Shown here piece after piece: positions 30,490-41,000 of a stretch of 64,000 nucleotides of DNA (position 1 is its first letter; each line of letters opens with the position of its first letter). Origin of the DNA: Fidelibacterota bacterium 408169 (GTDB taxonomy: Bacteria; Fidelibacterota; Marinisomatia; Marinisomatales; TCS55); NCBI GenBank assembly GCA_002256485.1, contig NNSG01000001.1, forward strand, positions 64,017 to 128,016, read 5' to 3'. The translations under genes and the position numbers were made by a program. The notes under the pieces are model-generated. The model saw only the letters and a list, made by a program, of their open reading frames with translations. It was not told the DNA's origin and ran no database searches.

Positions 30490-33400
30490 TGAATTGCTTT
30501 TTAATATTCTTTCTGTTGATTACTGGTTTTATTCACGGACAAAGCGATGCAAGCATTGACTATTTGGCGGGTGAAAAAGATACGTCTCAATGGAAACTCC
30601 CAAATGTATACGGTCCGCTGTATTTGCATTTTCCGAGGATGGATTCACTTATTATTGCAGAAAAAGAAGATAACTTAACTCTATTGAAAAAACGGTCTTC
30701 TCAAAACTATACGAATGATCAAGTGCTGTCCACGGGGTCTGTATATCGATCATTTTCTGTTTCACCATTGGGTGGTTCTGATTTTACAGGAGGATTGCGC
30801 ATGCAAATTCAGGGACAGTTAAGCGAATCGATGCAAGTGAGTGGAATCCTTTCGGACGAATCGTCGCCTATACAGCCTGAAGGGAATACCCAATCCTTGG
30901 ATGAAATTGACCAAGTGTATCTACAAATTTCCCATCCCAAATTTCAAATGAATGCAGGGGATATAGATCTGAATTACCAACATGGTAAATATATGAATAT
31001 CAACAAAAGACTGATTGGATTAAAGAATAACTTTAATATTGAAAAGTGGACAGGATCTGCTGTTTATGCACAATCAAAAGGACATTATAGACAAATTGAA
31101 GTGAAAGGAAGTGAGGGTAAACAAGGTCCGTATTTTCTCGATTCAAAATCTGGGAACAGGAATATTATTGTTCAATCCGGGACGGAAAGGGTATGGCTCA
31201 ACGGAAATAAATTAACTCGAGGAGAAAATCATGATTATATTATTGATTATTCCACAGCAGAAGTTCATTTTACTCCGGCTCATTTAATTCATTCAGATTC
31301 AGATATATTGATCGAATATCAGTATTCTGATTTTCAATATTCACAAAGTGTCGCAGGCGGGACTATGGAACGAAATTTTGGACAGAAAGGCAATTTTTCA
31401 TTTTCTTGGCTGAATGAATCCGATCAAACCCAAAATTCTGTTTTGAATTTATCTGACGATGAAATTGAGCTATTGAATTCATTAGGGGATAAGGCAGCAT
31501 TTATTTCTGGCGCCATTTCTGATGCTGATGGCGATTATATTTATATTGGCAGGGAATTTTATGAATACACACCTGATAAAACGATCCCGGGTGATCGCTA
31601 TTCAATCACATTCACCAATAATAATGAAACGGGAAAATATAGACGATTAATTACAACTACAGGTGAGATATATTATGAATTTGTTCAATTAATAGATAGA
31701 GAACAGTACGATGACCTCTATAGTCCCATGAAACAAATCATCAGTCCAAAAGGTCATCAGCTTTTCGAAATATCCGGAGATTATCAATTATCTGAAAATA
31801 CAATGCTGGATTTTTCTACAGCAGCTTCCGGAGTTGATCAGAATCGATTGTCTTCAAAAAATGATAATGACAATACAGGATTGGCGTATTCTTTTGCTTT
31901 ATCGAATAATAAAATCAATTTTTCTGAAAAAGTGAGAATGCGCTATACATTATCCGGCTATCAGCAGGACGATCGCTTCGAAGCTTTACAGCGTGATCGA
32001 TCGGCTATGTTTTATCAGGATTGGAATGTTAAACCATTGCTCACTGTAGCCGAAAGTAATCATGCTATTTCAACAGGAATCGATGTAGAAAATGTAGGGA
32101 ATGGTACAGTGGCAGTTTCTCGTTTTATATATGGAAATGATGCATTTTATCGAATCAACAGTTCTTTTAGAGGTGGTAGCGGTTATATACCATTAGTGAA
32201 TGCGATGCAAAACGATATTTCAGCAGAAAGAGGCTTTTTCAAACAGCGCAGTCTGATGTTTGATTTACTTCCCGGAAATGTGCATCCATTTTATAAATAT
32301 GATTATGAAGAGCAGGAAAATCAATATCGATTTGATCATCAAACTGTGGGGGTAAAATATGCCAAAGATCACTGGGAATCGTCATTTGGTGTGGGAGAGC
32401 GGTTTGACTATACAGAATCTGATACGATTTCAGATGGATTAGAATTATCGTCCGAAGGTATTTTTGGTTCTTTGGACATAAAAGGCAATACAAAAAGCGG
32501 TTGGACTCAAGAGATGACTATCCGTCGGCGAATAAAAAATGATGTTCTCAACCAAAACGATTATAATTTTACGTTGGCAAGACTTCATACATCATTTCGC
32601 CAGCCGACGCATCCATTCAGATTGGATATGAAAACAACTATTGAAGAAACATTTACAGAAACGCGTGCATTAGTCTACGATTCAGTTGGCATCGGTTTGG
32701 GTGATTTTCGTTATGACGAGCAATTCAATGAATATGTCAGTGATCCAAATGGTGAATATATTGCTTATACGATTTTTACTGGAGAACGGTATCCCACAAC
32801 AAAGCTGGATGGGCTTCAATTATTTGAAATTGATTTTAGTAAAGCACACTATAATTCACTCAAAAGTTTTTCATTAAGATCAGAATTGAGATCCACAATT
32901 GAAGGGCACATTTGGTCTGGGAATGCATTCATTTACCCGGATCTGGGTGATACGGCTATTTCAAGATCCAAGTGGTCATTGCTAAATGAATTAGTATATA
33001 AACCGCAGAAAATGAAAAAAATGATAAAAGTATGGCACAAAAAATTCAGAAATCTTGACGGGCTGGACAACAGAGGGCAAGACTTAAAACAAAATGATGA
33101 AGCAGGTTTGGAATACAGAAAAACGATATTCGATAATTTTACGGTAGAATACCGCTGGATGTATCATGTTGATAAAATAGAATCGACTGTTTCTGAATTG
33201 CGTGAACGCAGTGTGAGTGGCCATTGGATTGAGGGTACGGCAAAAGTCAAAGTCGACCAATGGCAATTTGATATGGGGTTGAAATACGGAATTGATCATG
33301 GTTTTATGCGCGAGAAGGAATTTGACGCTGATGCAGTAAGTTTAAGTGCTGATGTTTTAAAATTCGTCGGAACTCGCGGCCGTATTCAATCTCGCTTTGA

Positions 33401-33611
33401 ATGGTATAAAACAAACATTTCTGATAAACTGGATTATATACCTCCTGAAGCGTTGAACGGATTAGCCCAAGGAATCACGTTACGCTCAAATATCCAAGGA
33501 CAATGGATGATGGGCAGGGGTTTTTCTCTCAACCTATCTATGAATTATATTTCAGATCAGCGTTATGACAATTTTCTCACTTTTAATGGAGAAATGCGTG
33601 CGTATTTTTAA
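30489..33611 (+). CDS. Large (1040 aa) predicted outer-membrane protein
   Basis: Signal peptide, amphipathic beta-strand pattern, terminal ...EMRAYF. Confidence 0.75.
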   Translation: MNCFLIFFLLITGFIHGQSDASIDYLAGEKDTSQWKLPNVYGPLYLHFPRMDSLIIAEKEDNLTLLKKRSSQNYTNDQVLSTGSVYRSFSVSPLGGSDFTGGLRMQIQGQLSESMQVSGILSDESSPIQPEGNTQSLDEIDQVYLQISHPKFQMNAGDIDLNYQHGKYMNINKRLIGLKNNFNIEKWTGSAVYAQSKGHYRQIEVKGSEGKQGPYFLDSKSGNRNIIVQSGTERVWLNGNKLTRGENHDYIIDYSTAEVHFTPAHLIHSDSDILIEYQYSDFQYSQSVAGGTMERNFGQKGNFSFSWLNESDQTQNSVLNLSDDEIELLNSLGDKAAFISGAISDADGDYIYIGREFYEYTPDKTIPGDRYSITFTNNNETGKYRRLITTTGEIYYEFVQLIDREQYDDLYSPMKQIISPKGHQLFEISGDYQLSENTMLDFSTAASGVDQNRLSSKNDNDNTGLAYSFALSNNKINFSEKVRMRYTLSGYQQDDRFEALQRDRSAMFYQDWNVKPLLTVAESNHAISTGIDVENVGNGTVAVSRFIYGNDAFYRINSSFRGGSGYIPLVNAMQNDISAERGFFKQRSLMFDLLPGNVHPFYKYDYEEQENQYRFDHQTVGVKYAKDHWESSFGVGERFDYTESDTISDGLELSSEGIFGSLDIKGNTKSGWTQEMTIRRRIKNDVLNQNDYNFTLARLHTSFRQPTHPFRLDMKTTIEETFTETRALVYDSVGIGLGDFRYDEQFNEYVSDPNGEYIAYTIFTGERYPTTKLDGLQLFEIDFSKAHYNSLKSFSLRSELRSTIEGHIWSGNAFIYPDLGDTAISRSKWSLLNELVYKPQKMKKMIKVWHKKFRNLDGLDNRGQDLKQNDEAGLEYRKTIFDNFTVEYRWMYHVDKIESTVSELRERSVSGHWIEGTAKVKVDQWQFDMGLKYGIDHGFMREKEFDADAVSLSADVLKFVGTRGRIQSRFEWYKTNISDKLDYIPPEALNGLAQGITLRSNIQGQWMMGRGFSLNLSMNYISDQRYDNFLTFNGEMRAYF

Positions 33612-34950
33612 TCTCATTTTGTTCTTTACTTTAAGTTGGTCATACACCCAAGAAACGGTCATTACGGTTGATGGCGAAAAATTGACTTTAAACGACGGTT
33701 CTTCATTTATATCACAGTTTGATTCGATTCTTGTGGGAAATGGCGAATTTGGCGGTATTGTGGCGATAATCGATATGGACTCATCGTCGGAAGTATTAAT
33801 TAATTATGAAATTCATAATGATTACAAAATAATAGATGAAATATTATTTCAAAAAGAATCGGGTGTAAATATAGCTGTTTTACAGCAATTGTTCTCCAAT
33901 TTAACAAAAGCACATTCCTATAATTCTGCTCAAACGATTGTCAAAGAATTGCGAACCGGTTATCCATTTATTCCCAGTAATATTCATCTAAATTATGGAT
34001 TAATGAATAATGACAGGTTGGGTGTTTTAGTCAATTTTAAACCGGAATTTAACAGTCATTTTTCAGGAATTGCCGGTGCCGGTCGTCAAGATGATCGCGG
34101 GTGGGATATTGCCGGTGAAGTTGACATACATTTAGAAAATACATGGCGAACTGCAAATATTACGGATTTGGTTTGGAAACGAAATGGGGATGAGTCACAA
34201 TATATCCTTTTTAAACATGAAGAACCGTATTTAGCAGGTTTACCGTTTGGAGCAAAACTCGAATTGATACAAGATTTGAGAAACAGGGAATATGTGTATA
34301 CAAATTCCAGCGGAGCTTTTTCAGTGCAATTGGGTCAAAGGGGGAAATGGTATTTTGGCGGCGGAAAGGAATCAATCAAGCCGACTGCTTATGGTATTTC
34401 GATGGGTATTCAACCTTCCAAGGCCCAAACATTCACTATTGAATATTTCAGTGATGGAAGGAATGACAGGTGGCTGCCGACAAAAGGCTTTTTCTTGAAT
34501 ATGAAAACACACATTGGCAGGGTAATCGAAACGAAACAAAAAAATAATTTGGTTGCTCAACTTCAGTTCCACATTGAAGAATTTTTATCTATATCTGAAA
34601 GAACCGCTTTACGCTTCAAGTTTTGGAATGGACTTGTGTTAGATAATGAAAATCACGTAGGCCAAAAAATACGATATGGAGGTATGAATACATTTCGTGG
34701 TTATCAGGAAGATATTTTTACCAGTGATATGATAAATATAATAAGCCTTGATATGTTATTCACCCCCACAGAACAATTACAAATATTTTCCTTTGGTGAT
34801 ATGTCCATGCCTACTATTCCCATGTCTGTTGGCTTCGGGCTCCGCCAACTCACGGCAAATTCTGTCATGGAAGTCAGTTTTGGCTGGCCCGTGGATGAAG
34901 CTTTCTCCGCGGGAAAAGTTCATGTTAAATTTACAAGCTTGTTAGATTGA
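33598..34950 (+). CDS. Omp85/BamA-TamA-like outer-membrane barrel protein
   Basis: DGRNDRWLPTKG, RYGGMNTFRGYQE, VGFGLR...GKVHV; GTG start preceded by GGAGA. Confidence 0.7.
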   Translation: MRIFNLILFFTLSWSYTQETVITVDGEKLTLNDGSSFISQFDSILVGNGEFGGIVAIIDMDSSSEVLINYEIHNDYKIIDEILFQKESGVNIAVLQQLFSNLTKAHSYNSAQTIVKELRTGYPFIPSNIHLNYGLMNNDRLGVLVNFKPEFNSHFSGIAGAGRQDDRGWDIAGEVDIHLENTWRTANITDLVWKRNGDESQYILFKHEEPYLAGLPFGAKLELIQDLRNREYVYTNSSGAFSVQLGQRGKWYFGGGKESIKPTAYGISMGIQPSKAQTFTIEYFSDGRNDRWLPTKGFFLNMKTHIGRVIETKQKNNLVAQLQFHIEEFLSISERTALRFKFWNGLVLDNENHVGQKIRYGGMNTFRGYQEDIFTSDMINIISLDMLFTPTEQLQIFSFGDMSMPTIPMSVGFGLRQLTANSVMEVSFGWPVDEAFSAGKVHVKFTSLLD

Positions 34951-34954
34951 TAAT

Positions 34955-35959
34955 ATGAAACGAATACTCTACATAATTGGCACAGCAGTCATATTTATAA
35001 TGGTCGGCTGTGGAAAGCCATTGTCAAAAGGAGCTGATGATGAATTAATTGTATTAGTTGCCAAAGAAGATAGAGTGGCCGCCCGCAAAATATTAACAAA
35101 AATTTTTAGCGATACACTTTATACCCCGGCTCCTGAACCCTATTACAAAGCCAAATTCGTTAAACCAAGTGATCTTCAAATCGTACGCCACCATCCCAAT
35201 CTTATTGCACTATCCATCAATGATGATTTGACAAATCCCGGTACACGTCTGGTGAAATCAATTTTGCCCGAAGAATCATATTTACGTTCAAAAAAGAATA
35301 ATCCATTTATCCAGACACATGAACCCTATGCAAAATTACAGACCATGCTGTTAATTAATGGAAATTCCATGGAATCGATAGTATCAGCAGTAGAAATACA
35401 GGGTTTGGAAATTTATGAAAATTTTGAAAATCAATTTATTGAACGCCAAAGCAGATTTTTATTTAAGCGAGCACGAAAAGAAGAACTGGAACAAAAGGTA
35501 TTAAAAAAACATGGGTTCAGTTTACTAATTCCATGGGGTTTTACGGTTGTTCAGGACAGCGTAGAAACGAGCATATTATGGATCGGTAAAGAAGAACCAT
35601 TTCGCTGGCTCGTGTTTCATTGGGAAGAAGGAATGGTCATTCAAAACATAAGCGATGCAGAACAATTTTCACTTGAAATTCCTCAACGGATCTTTGGACA
35701 CATTCAGTATTCAGATTACAAATTCAACATCAGCCCCACTATGTTTAATGACTGGTCAGGTTGGAGGATAACAGGATTGTGGGAATCATTGGAAGAATCA
35801 CAGGGAGGTCCGTTTATTGCTTACACATTTTATGACGGAATTACGAATAGAACATATTATATCCATGCCTTGATATTTAATCCAGGTGATGATAAATATT
35901 TACTCTTGAGGCAATTGGACATTATTGCCCATACGTTTTTTGTGGATGAAACATCATGA
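34955..35959 (+). CDS. DUF4837-like lipoprotein
   Basis: Lipobox MVGC; TPAPEP, GLWE...GGPF, FNPGDDK...LRQLD. Confidence 0.7.
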   Translation: MKRILYIIGTAVIFIMVGCGKPLSKGADDELIVLVAKEDRVAARKILTKIFSDTLYTPAPEPYYKAKFVKPSDLQIVRHHPNLIALSINDDLTNPGTRLVKSILPEESYLRSKKNNPFIQTHEPYAKLQTMLLINGNSMESIVSAVEIQGLEIYENFENQFIERQSRFLFKRARKEELEQKVLKKHGFSLLIPWGFTVVQDSVETSILWIGKEEPFRWLVFHWEEGMVIQNISDAEQFSLEIPQRIFGHIQYSDYKFNISPTMFNDWSGWRITGLWESLEESQGGPFIAYTFYDGITNRTYYIHALIFNPGDDKYLLLRQLDIIAHTFFVDETS

Positions 35960-36819
35960 AAAAAGTCTTAATTACAGGCGCTTCTGGCCAATTAGGGGTA
36001 TCCCTTCAACTAGATGATTATGATGTAATTAGAACAGACATTTTTCCTCAAGTTGATCAAGAGAATTTCACTATTCTTGATATAACGAATAAAGATAAGG
36101 TAAAGAATCTTTTGGAAGCAGAAGAACCAGATGTGATTGTCCATCTTGCAGCAATGACAAATGTGGATAGTTGTGAGGGTAATTATGAACAAGCGAAACT
36201 GATTAATGTTGAAGGAACCAAAAACCTTTTAAATAATTTTACCGGTAAATTTATATTCGTTTCTTCTGATTATGTTTTTGATGGAGAGGATGGGCCTTAC
36301 AGTGAAGATGATAATGTCAATCCACTCAATGTTTATGGCAAAACAAAACTGGAAGGTGAAGAGAGTGTACGCAAATTATCAAATGATTGGGTTATTCTTC
36401 GAACCAATGTTGTATGGAACATAGGTGGGAATTTTAAGGCAAGTTTTGCCGATTGGGTCGTAGAAGAATTGCAAAATAATAGGCAGATTCGTATTGTGGC
36501 TGATCAATGGAATAATCCGGCGTGGACTGTTGATATAGGTCAGGTGATTGAAACATTGATTAAATATGATGCAAATGGTCTTTATCATCACGGAAGTTCA
36601 CATGTGATAAATCGCTATGATTTTGCATGTATGATTGCTAATGTATATGAATTGAACCCATCATTGATTGAACCCATAACAACAAAAGAATTGAACCAAA
36701 CTGCACAACGACCGTTAAAATGCGGATTAATTACGAAAAAGTTAGAAAATGATTTTAATTTTACACCTTCAGATACTGTTTTAGACATAAAAGCTGCTAA
36801 GAGTCATACTGAAATATGA
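35956..36819 (+). CDS. rfbD: dTDP-4-dehydrorhamnose reductase family
   Basis: ITGASGQLG, HLAAMTNVD, SSDYVFDG, YGKTK. Confidence 0.88.
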   Translation: MKKVLITGASGQLGVSLQLDDYDVIRTDIFPQVDQENFTILDITNKDKVKNLLEAEEPDVIVHLAAMTNVDSCEGNYEQAKLINVEGTKNLLNNFTGKFIFVSSDYVFDGEDGPYSEDDNVNPLNVYGKTKLEGEESVRKLSNDWVILRTNVVWNIGGNFKASFADWVVEELQNNRQIRIVADQWNNPAWTVDIGQVIETLIKYDANGLYHHGSSHVINRYDFACMIANVYELNPSLIEPITTKELNQTAQRPLKCGLITKKLENDFNFTPSDTVLDIKAAKSHTEI

Positions 36820-37532
36820 AAAAACTGATCATTTCTCCCACATATAACGAAAGTAAAAATATTGCTGAACTCATTGAGCATGTATTTACCCTTGAGGAAA
36901 ACTTTCATTTGCTCATTGTGGATGATAATTCTCCAGACGGTACCGCAGATATAGTAGAAAAATTCCAAGAGCGATATAATAATTTACACTTGGCGAAACG
37001 CCCGGGTAAAGCCGGGCTTGGTACTGCGTATAAATTTGGTTTTAAATGGGCATTAGAGCGTGATTATGATATTATTCTCCAGATGGATGCAGATGGATCA
37101 CATGATGTTAATGCAATTCCTGATATGATTAAGGGATTAGAAAATAATGATGTTATCATCGGTAGTCGCTATATTCATGGAGTGAGTGTTGTGAATTGGC
37201 CGATTCGCCGATTGATTTTGAGCTATGGGGCTAATGTTTATTCTAGGCTTATTACCGGCTTACCTATTAAAGATGCCACAGGTGGTTTCAAAGCCTGGAA
37301 GCGTGAAGTATTAACAAATATAAATATTGATTCTGTTCGGTCACAAGGATATTCATTTCAGATTGAAATGAATTTTCGGGCGTGGCAAAAAGAATATACT
37401 ATTGGTGAAATTCCTATCATTTTTATTGATAGAACTGTGGGTGAGTCTAAAATGTCTAAAGCCATTATGATCGAAGCAGTCTTTATGGTATGGCGTCTCC
37501 GAATTTGGAAAATATTTGGTTGGCATAAGTGA
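36816..37532 (+). CDS. Polyprenol monophosphomannose synthase (GT2)
   Basis: PTYNE, VDDNSPDGT, QMDADGSH, GYSFQIEM, DRTVGESKMS. Confidence 0.92.
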   Translation: MKKLIISPTYNESKNIAELIEHVFTLEENFHLLIVDDNSPDGTADIVEKFQERYNNLHLAKRPGKAGLGTAYKFGFKWALERDYDIILQMDADGSHDVNAIPDMIKGLENNDVIIGSRYIHGVSVVNWPIRRLILSYGANVYSRLITGLPIKDATGGFKAWKREVLTNINIDSVRSQGYSFQIEMNFRAWQKEYTIGEIPIIFIDRTVGESKMSKAIMIEAVFMVWRLRIWKIFGWHK

Positions 37533-37578
37533 AGTTGGTGAACGGTGGAGCGATAGCTGGTAGAATGGTAACTGGTAA
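37533..37578 (-). repeat. Degenerate heptamer-periodic element, copy B
   Basis: Similar to 14844-14889 on the opposite strand. Confidence 0.6.
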
Positions 37579-37600
37579 AGTGTAAGATGGGATATGTGCA

Positions 37601-39649
37601 ATGATTAAAAAAGTTTCTGTTCTCATAGTTAGCTATAACGTTAAAGAATACGTTGATCATGCTATTGATTCGTTGATGCGGTCAAGTGTTGATCATCTTG
37701 ATATAATTGTTGTTGATAATCATTCTTTTGATGGTACTGTTGATCATATTAAAAATTCATATCCCGATGTAAAAGTTATAGCCAACAAGGAAAATGTTGG
37801 ATTCGGCAAAGCGATTAATCAAGCTGCTGGTATGGCTCATGGAGACTATTTTCTGATTTTAAATCCGGACACAGTCGTTCAGGAAAATACGATTGACACA
37901 TTACTTAATTATTTGGAACAGAATGATAAAGTGGGAATGGTTGGCCCAAAAATTCTCAATTCTGATGGAACATTGCAAGCAGCGTGCAAACGATCTTTTC
38001 CCACATTAAAAGTGGCTATCCCCAAATTACTCGGATTGGATAAATTATTTCCAAATTCTAAATGGGCGGGCAAATATAATTTATCATATCTTGATCCGGA
38101 TCAAACCAGTTCAGTAGATGCAATCAGCGGTTCATGTATGTTTATACGTAAAGAATTATTTCAGGATATACATGGATTTGATGAACATTTTTTCATGTTT
38201 GGGGAAGATCTGGATTTGTGTTATAGGACGTGGGAAAAGGGATTTGAAGTTCATTATGTACCGGAGACTCAAATTGTACATTATCAAGGTGAGTCAGTTA
38301 AGTCCGCACCTTTTGACAGTATAAATGCGTTTTATAATGCCATGATTCTTTTTGCTGATAAACATTTTTCAACTAGTCAAAGTTTTTTAACAAAATGGGC
38401 GATCCGCTTTGGAATATCAATTCGAAAATTCATGACGGTTATTGGTGAACTTCGCTCCCAGATATTATCCGTGTTTTTTGATGTTGTTGTGGTATTGGGC
38501 GCATTTTTAATTGCAATTCCATTTAAGTTTGATCATTTTGAACCAATTGTTATGAGTAATGGACTTATCCCCGTTGTTTATATACTTTTTTGGGTTGTGG
38601 TGGGAGCATTATTCCAGCTTTATTCCCGTTACATTTTATCTTATACACGTGCAATTCTTTCATCTTTAACCGGATTTTTCCTTGCAGTTACTTTTACATA
38701 TTTTTTCAAGCAATATGCATTTTCCCGTTTAGTTATTATTTTAGCTACTGCTATAATAACACTTTTCATTCCCGGCTGGAGAGTCCTTGTTCATTACCTC
38801 ATGTCCCGTGGGTTTTTACAGCCAATCAAGGAAAAGCATAATATTCTATTTACCCGAAAAACGTTAATCATTGGTTCTGATGGGGAAGGCACTCGTATTG
38901 CAAATCATATTCTTAAGAGATTTGATACAGGTCTGGATATAGTGGGTTTTGTAGACTCACATCCAAGGCAGATCGATTTACCTGTTCCATTTTTAGGTAG
39001 TTTGACGGATCTTCAGGAAATTGTAAATACGTATTCAATTCGTGAATTGATTTTTTCAAACACAGCATTTTCAAATAAAGAAATTCTTAACTTAATGGAT
39101 AAAACAAAAGCCATGAGATTGACGTACAGGATGGTTCCTCGCCATCAGGATATTTTATTGGGAAAAGCGTCCATTGAAGAAATTGGCGAATATTCATTTG
39201 TAAACATTGAATACACACTTTTTAACCGGTTACATGCAATCACTAAACGTATATTTGATACATTCATTGCATCCGCTTTATTGATTCTTTTTTCTCCGAT
39301 AATTCTATTAAGGAGTATAGGTAGTTTGCCAATTAAAGTAGAATTTTGGGGTCAGGACAATAGTCGTTTTTATGGACGAATATTTAATAGTAAAATCGCA
39401 TTTCTTCATAACCTCCCATTATTATGGTCAATCGTAACAGGAAAGATGAGTCTGGTGGGATCATCATTGATTTCTACAGATGAAAAAGATCCTGAACTTA
39501 TTTGCATGCCGGGACTTACTGGGCTGGAACGGTTAAGAAATGTTAAATTCACGGAGCAAGATAGGAGATTATTGGACCATTATTATGTTCAAAACCAAAG
39601 CCTATCTTTTGATATTGAAATTTTAGTTAAAACGGTATTTAACGGATAA
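37601..39649 (+). CDS. GT2 glycosyltransferase fused to TM/nucleotide-binding and degenerate sugar-transferase domains
   Basis: N-terminal GT2 (NVGFGKAIN, LNPD, EDLDLC); C-terminal KRIFD...GKMSLVG...PGLTG. Confidence 0.85.
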   Translation: MIKKVSVLIVSYNVKEYVDHAIDSLMRSSVDHLDIIVVDNHSFDGTVDHIKNSYPDVKVIANKENVGFGKAINQAAGMAHGDYFLILNPDTVVQENTIDTLLNYLEQNDKVGMVGPKILNSDGTLQAACKRSFPTLKVAIPKLLGLDKLFPNSKWAGKYNLSYLDPDQTSSVDAISGSCMFIRKELFQDIHGFDEHFFMFGEDLDLCYRTWEKGFEVHYVPETQIVHYQGESVKSAPFDSINAFYNAMILFADKHFSTSQSFLTKWAIRFGISIRKFMTVIGELRSQILSVFFDVVVVLGAFLIAIPFKFDHFEPIVMSNGLIPVVYILFWVVVGALFQLYSRYILSYTRAILSSLTGFFLAVTFTYFFKQYAFSRLVIILATAIITLFIPGWRVLVHYLMSRGFLQPIKEKHNILFTRKTLIIGSDGEGTRIANHILKRFDTGLDIVGFVDSHPRQIDLPVPFLGSLTDLQEIVNTYSIRELIFSNTAFSNKEILNLMDKTKAMRLTYRMVPRHQDILLGKASIEEIGEYSFVNIEYTLFNRLHAITKRIFDTFIASALLILFSPIILLRSIGSLPIKVEFWGQDNSRFYGRIFNSKIAFLHNLPLLWSIVTGKMSLVGSSLISTDEKDPELICMPGLTGLERLRNVKFTEQDRRLLDHYYVQNQSLSFDIEILVKTVFNG

Positions 39650-40605
39650 TGGCAGAATATTATTTAGAATTTGAAAAACCTGTAAAATTGATAGATGAGC
39701 AGATCATTGAATTGGAAACAAGCGATGAACCAGATGCTCATTTGACTGAAATAGAAAAATTGAAAGGAAAGAGAAGAGTTGAATTAGAAAAGATATTTTC
39801 GGGACTTTCACGCTGGCAGCGCGTCCAATTAGCTCGGCATCCAAAACGTCCTTTCAGTTTGGATTATATTAATAAATTGGCTCCGGATTTTGTGGAACTC
39901 CATGGTGATCGCCATTATGGAGATGACCCTTCTTTAGTCGGAGGATTTGGATCAATCGACGGTCAAACAATTTTGTTTATAGGTCAGCAGAAGGGTCGAA
40001 ATACCAATGAAAATTTATTTCGAAATTTTGGTATGATGCGACCGGAAGGGTATCGCAAAGCGTATCGCTTGATGAAACTGGCAGAAAAATTTAATATACC
40101 AGTTGTTTCATTAATCGATACTCCAGGAGCGTATCCCGGATTGGGTGCAGAAGAAAGAGGGCAAGGTGAAGCTATTGCAAGAAACCTGATGGAAATGTCA
40201 AAGTTGAGAGTCCCCATTTTGGTTATAATCATAGGCGAAGGAGCAAGTGGCGGAGCCTTGGGTATTGGCGTTTGCGATCGTATGCTCATGCTGGAAAATA
40301 CATGGTATTCTGTTATAAGCCCTGAAGGGTGTGCTTCAATCCTTTGGCGTGATGCAGGGCAGGCATCTGATGCTGCAGATGCCATGAAAGTTACACCGAA
40401 GGATTTACTCGAGATAGGAATTTGTGATCGAATTGTTGAAGAACCACTGGGTGGAGCTCATCGTCAACCAGATGAAATGGCAGATATATTAAAATCAGTG
40501 ATACGTGAAGAAATCGAAACATTGTTAAAAACCGAGCCCGATGCATTTTTAAATCAACGTATCGCCCGTTACGATGCCATGGGTGTATTTACAGAATCTT
40601 CGTGA
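39649..40605 (+). CDS. accA: Acetyl-CoA carboxylase carboxyltransferase alpha
   Basis: YLEFEKP, ARHPKRP, GMMRPEGYRKA, DTPGAYPG, GEGASGGAL. Confidence 0.98.
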   Translation: MAEYYLEFEKPVKLIDEQIIELETSDEPDAHLTEIEKLKGKRRVELEKIFSGLSRWQRVQLARHPKRPFSLDYINKLAPDFVELHGDRHYGDDPSLVGGFGSIDGQTILFIGQQKGRNTNENLFRNFGMMRPEGYRKAYRLMKLAEKFNIPVVSLIDTPGAYPGLGAEERGQGEAIARNLMEMSKLRVPILVIIIGEGASGGALGIGVCDRMLMLENTWYSVISPEGCASILWRDAGQASDAADAMKVTPKDLLEIGICDRIVEEPLGGAHRQPDEMADILKSVIREEIETLLKTEPDAFLNQRIARYDAMGVFTESS

Positions 40606-41000
40606 TATCTTTCGACTATTCAACAAAGATCTACTATAAAGATATCGATCAGATGGGTGTTGTTTATTATACTCGTTATCTGGAATATTTTGAAGCAGCT
40701 CGAACAGAAATGCTCAAGTCAATTGGGCTTATTGTAACAGATATTGAAAATGAAGGATTTTTCCTGCCGGTTGTATCAGCACACTGCGATTATAAACAGA
40801 GTGCAAAATTTGAGGATGAAATTATTGTACGGACATCAATCAAAGATTTACCAAAAGCCAGAATGAAGATCGAATATGAAGTTTTTAAAAATGAAATAAT
40901 ATTAGCTGTAGGTTACACAATGCACGGTTTTACAAACCATCATGGTAAGGCTAAACGACCTCCCAAAACTTTTCAGCTGGTAATGCAGAAATATTTCTAA
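40602..41000 (+). CDS. Acyl-CoA thioesterase (YbgC/FadM-like)
   Basis: YYKDIDQMGVVYYTRYLEYFEAAR hot-dog-fold motif. Confidence 0.9.
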   Translation: MISFDYSTKIYYKDIDQMGVVYYTRYLEYFEAARTEMLKSIGLIVTDIENEGFFLPVVSAHCDYKQSAKFEDEIIVRTSIKDLPKARMKIEYEVFKNEIILAVGYTMHGFTNHHGKAKRPPKTFQLVMQKYF

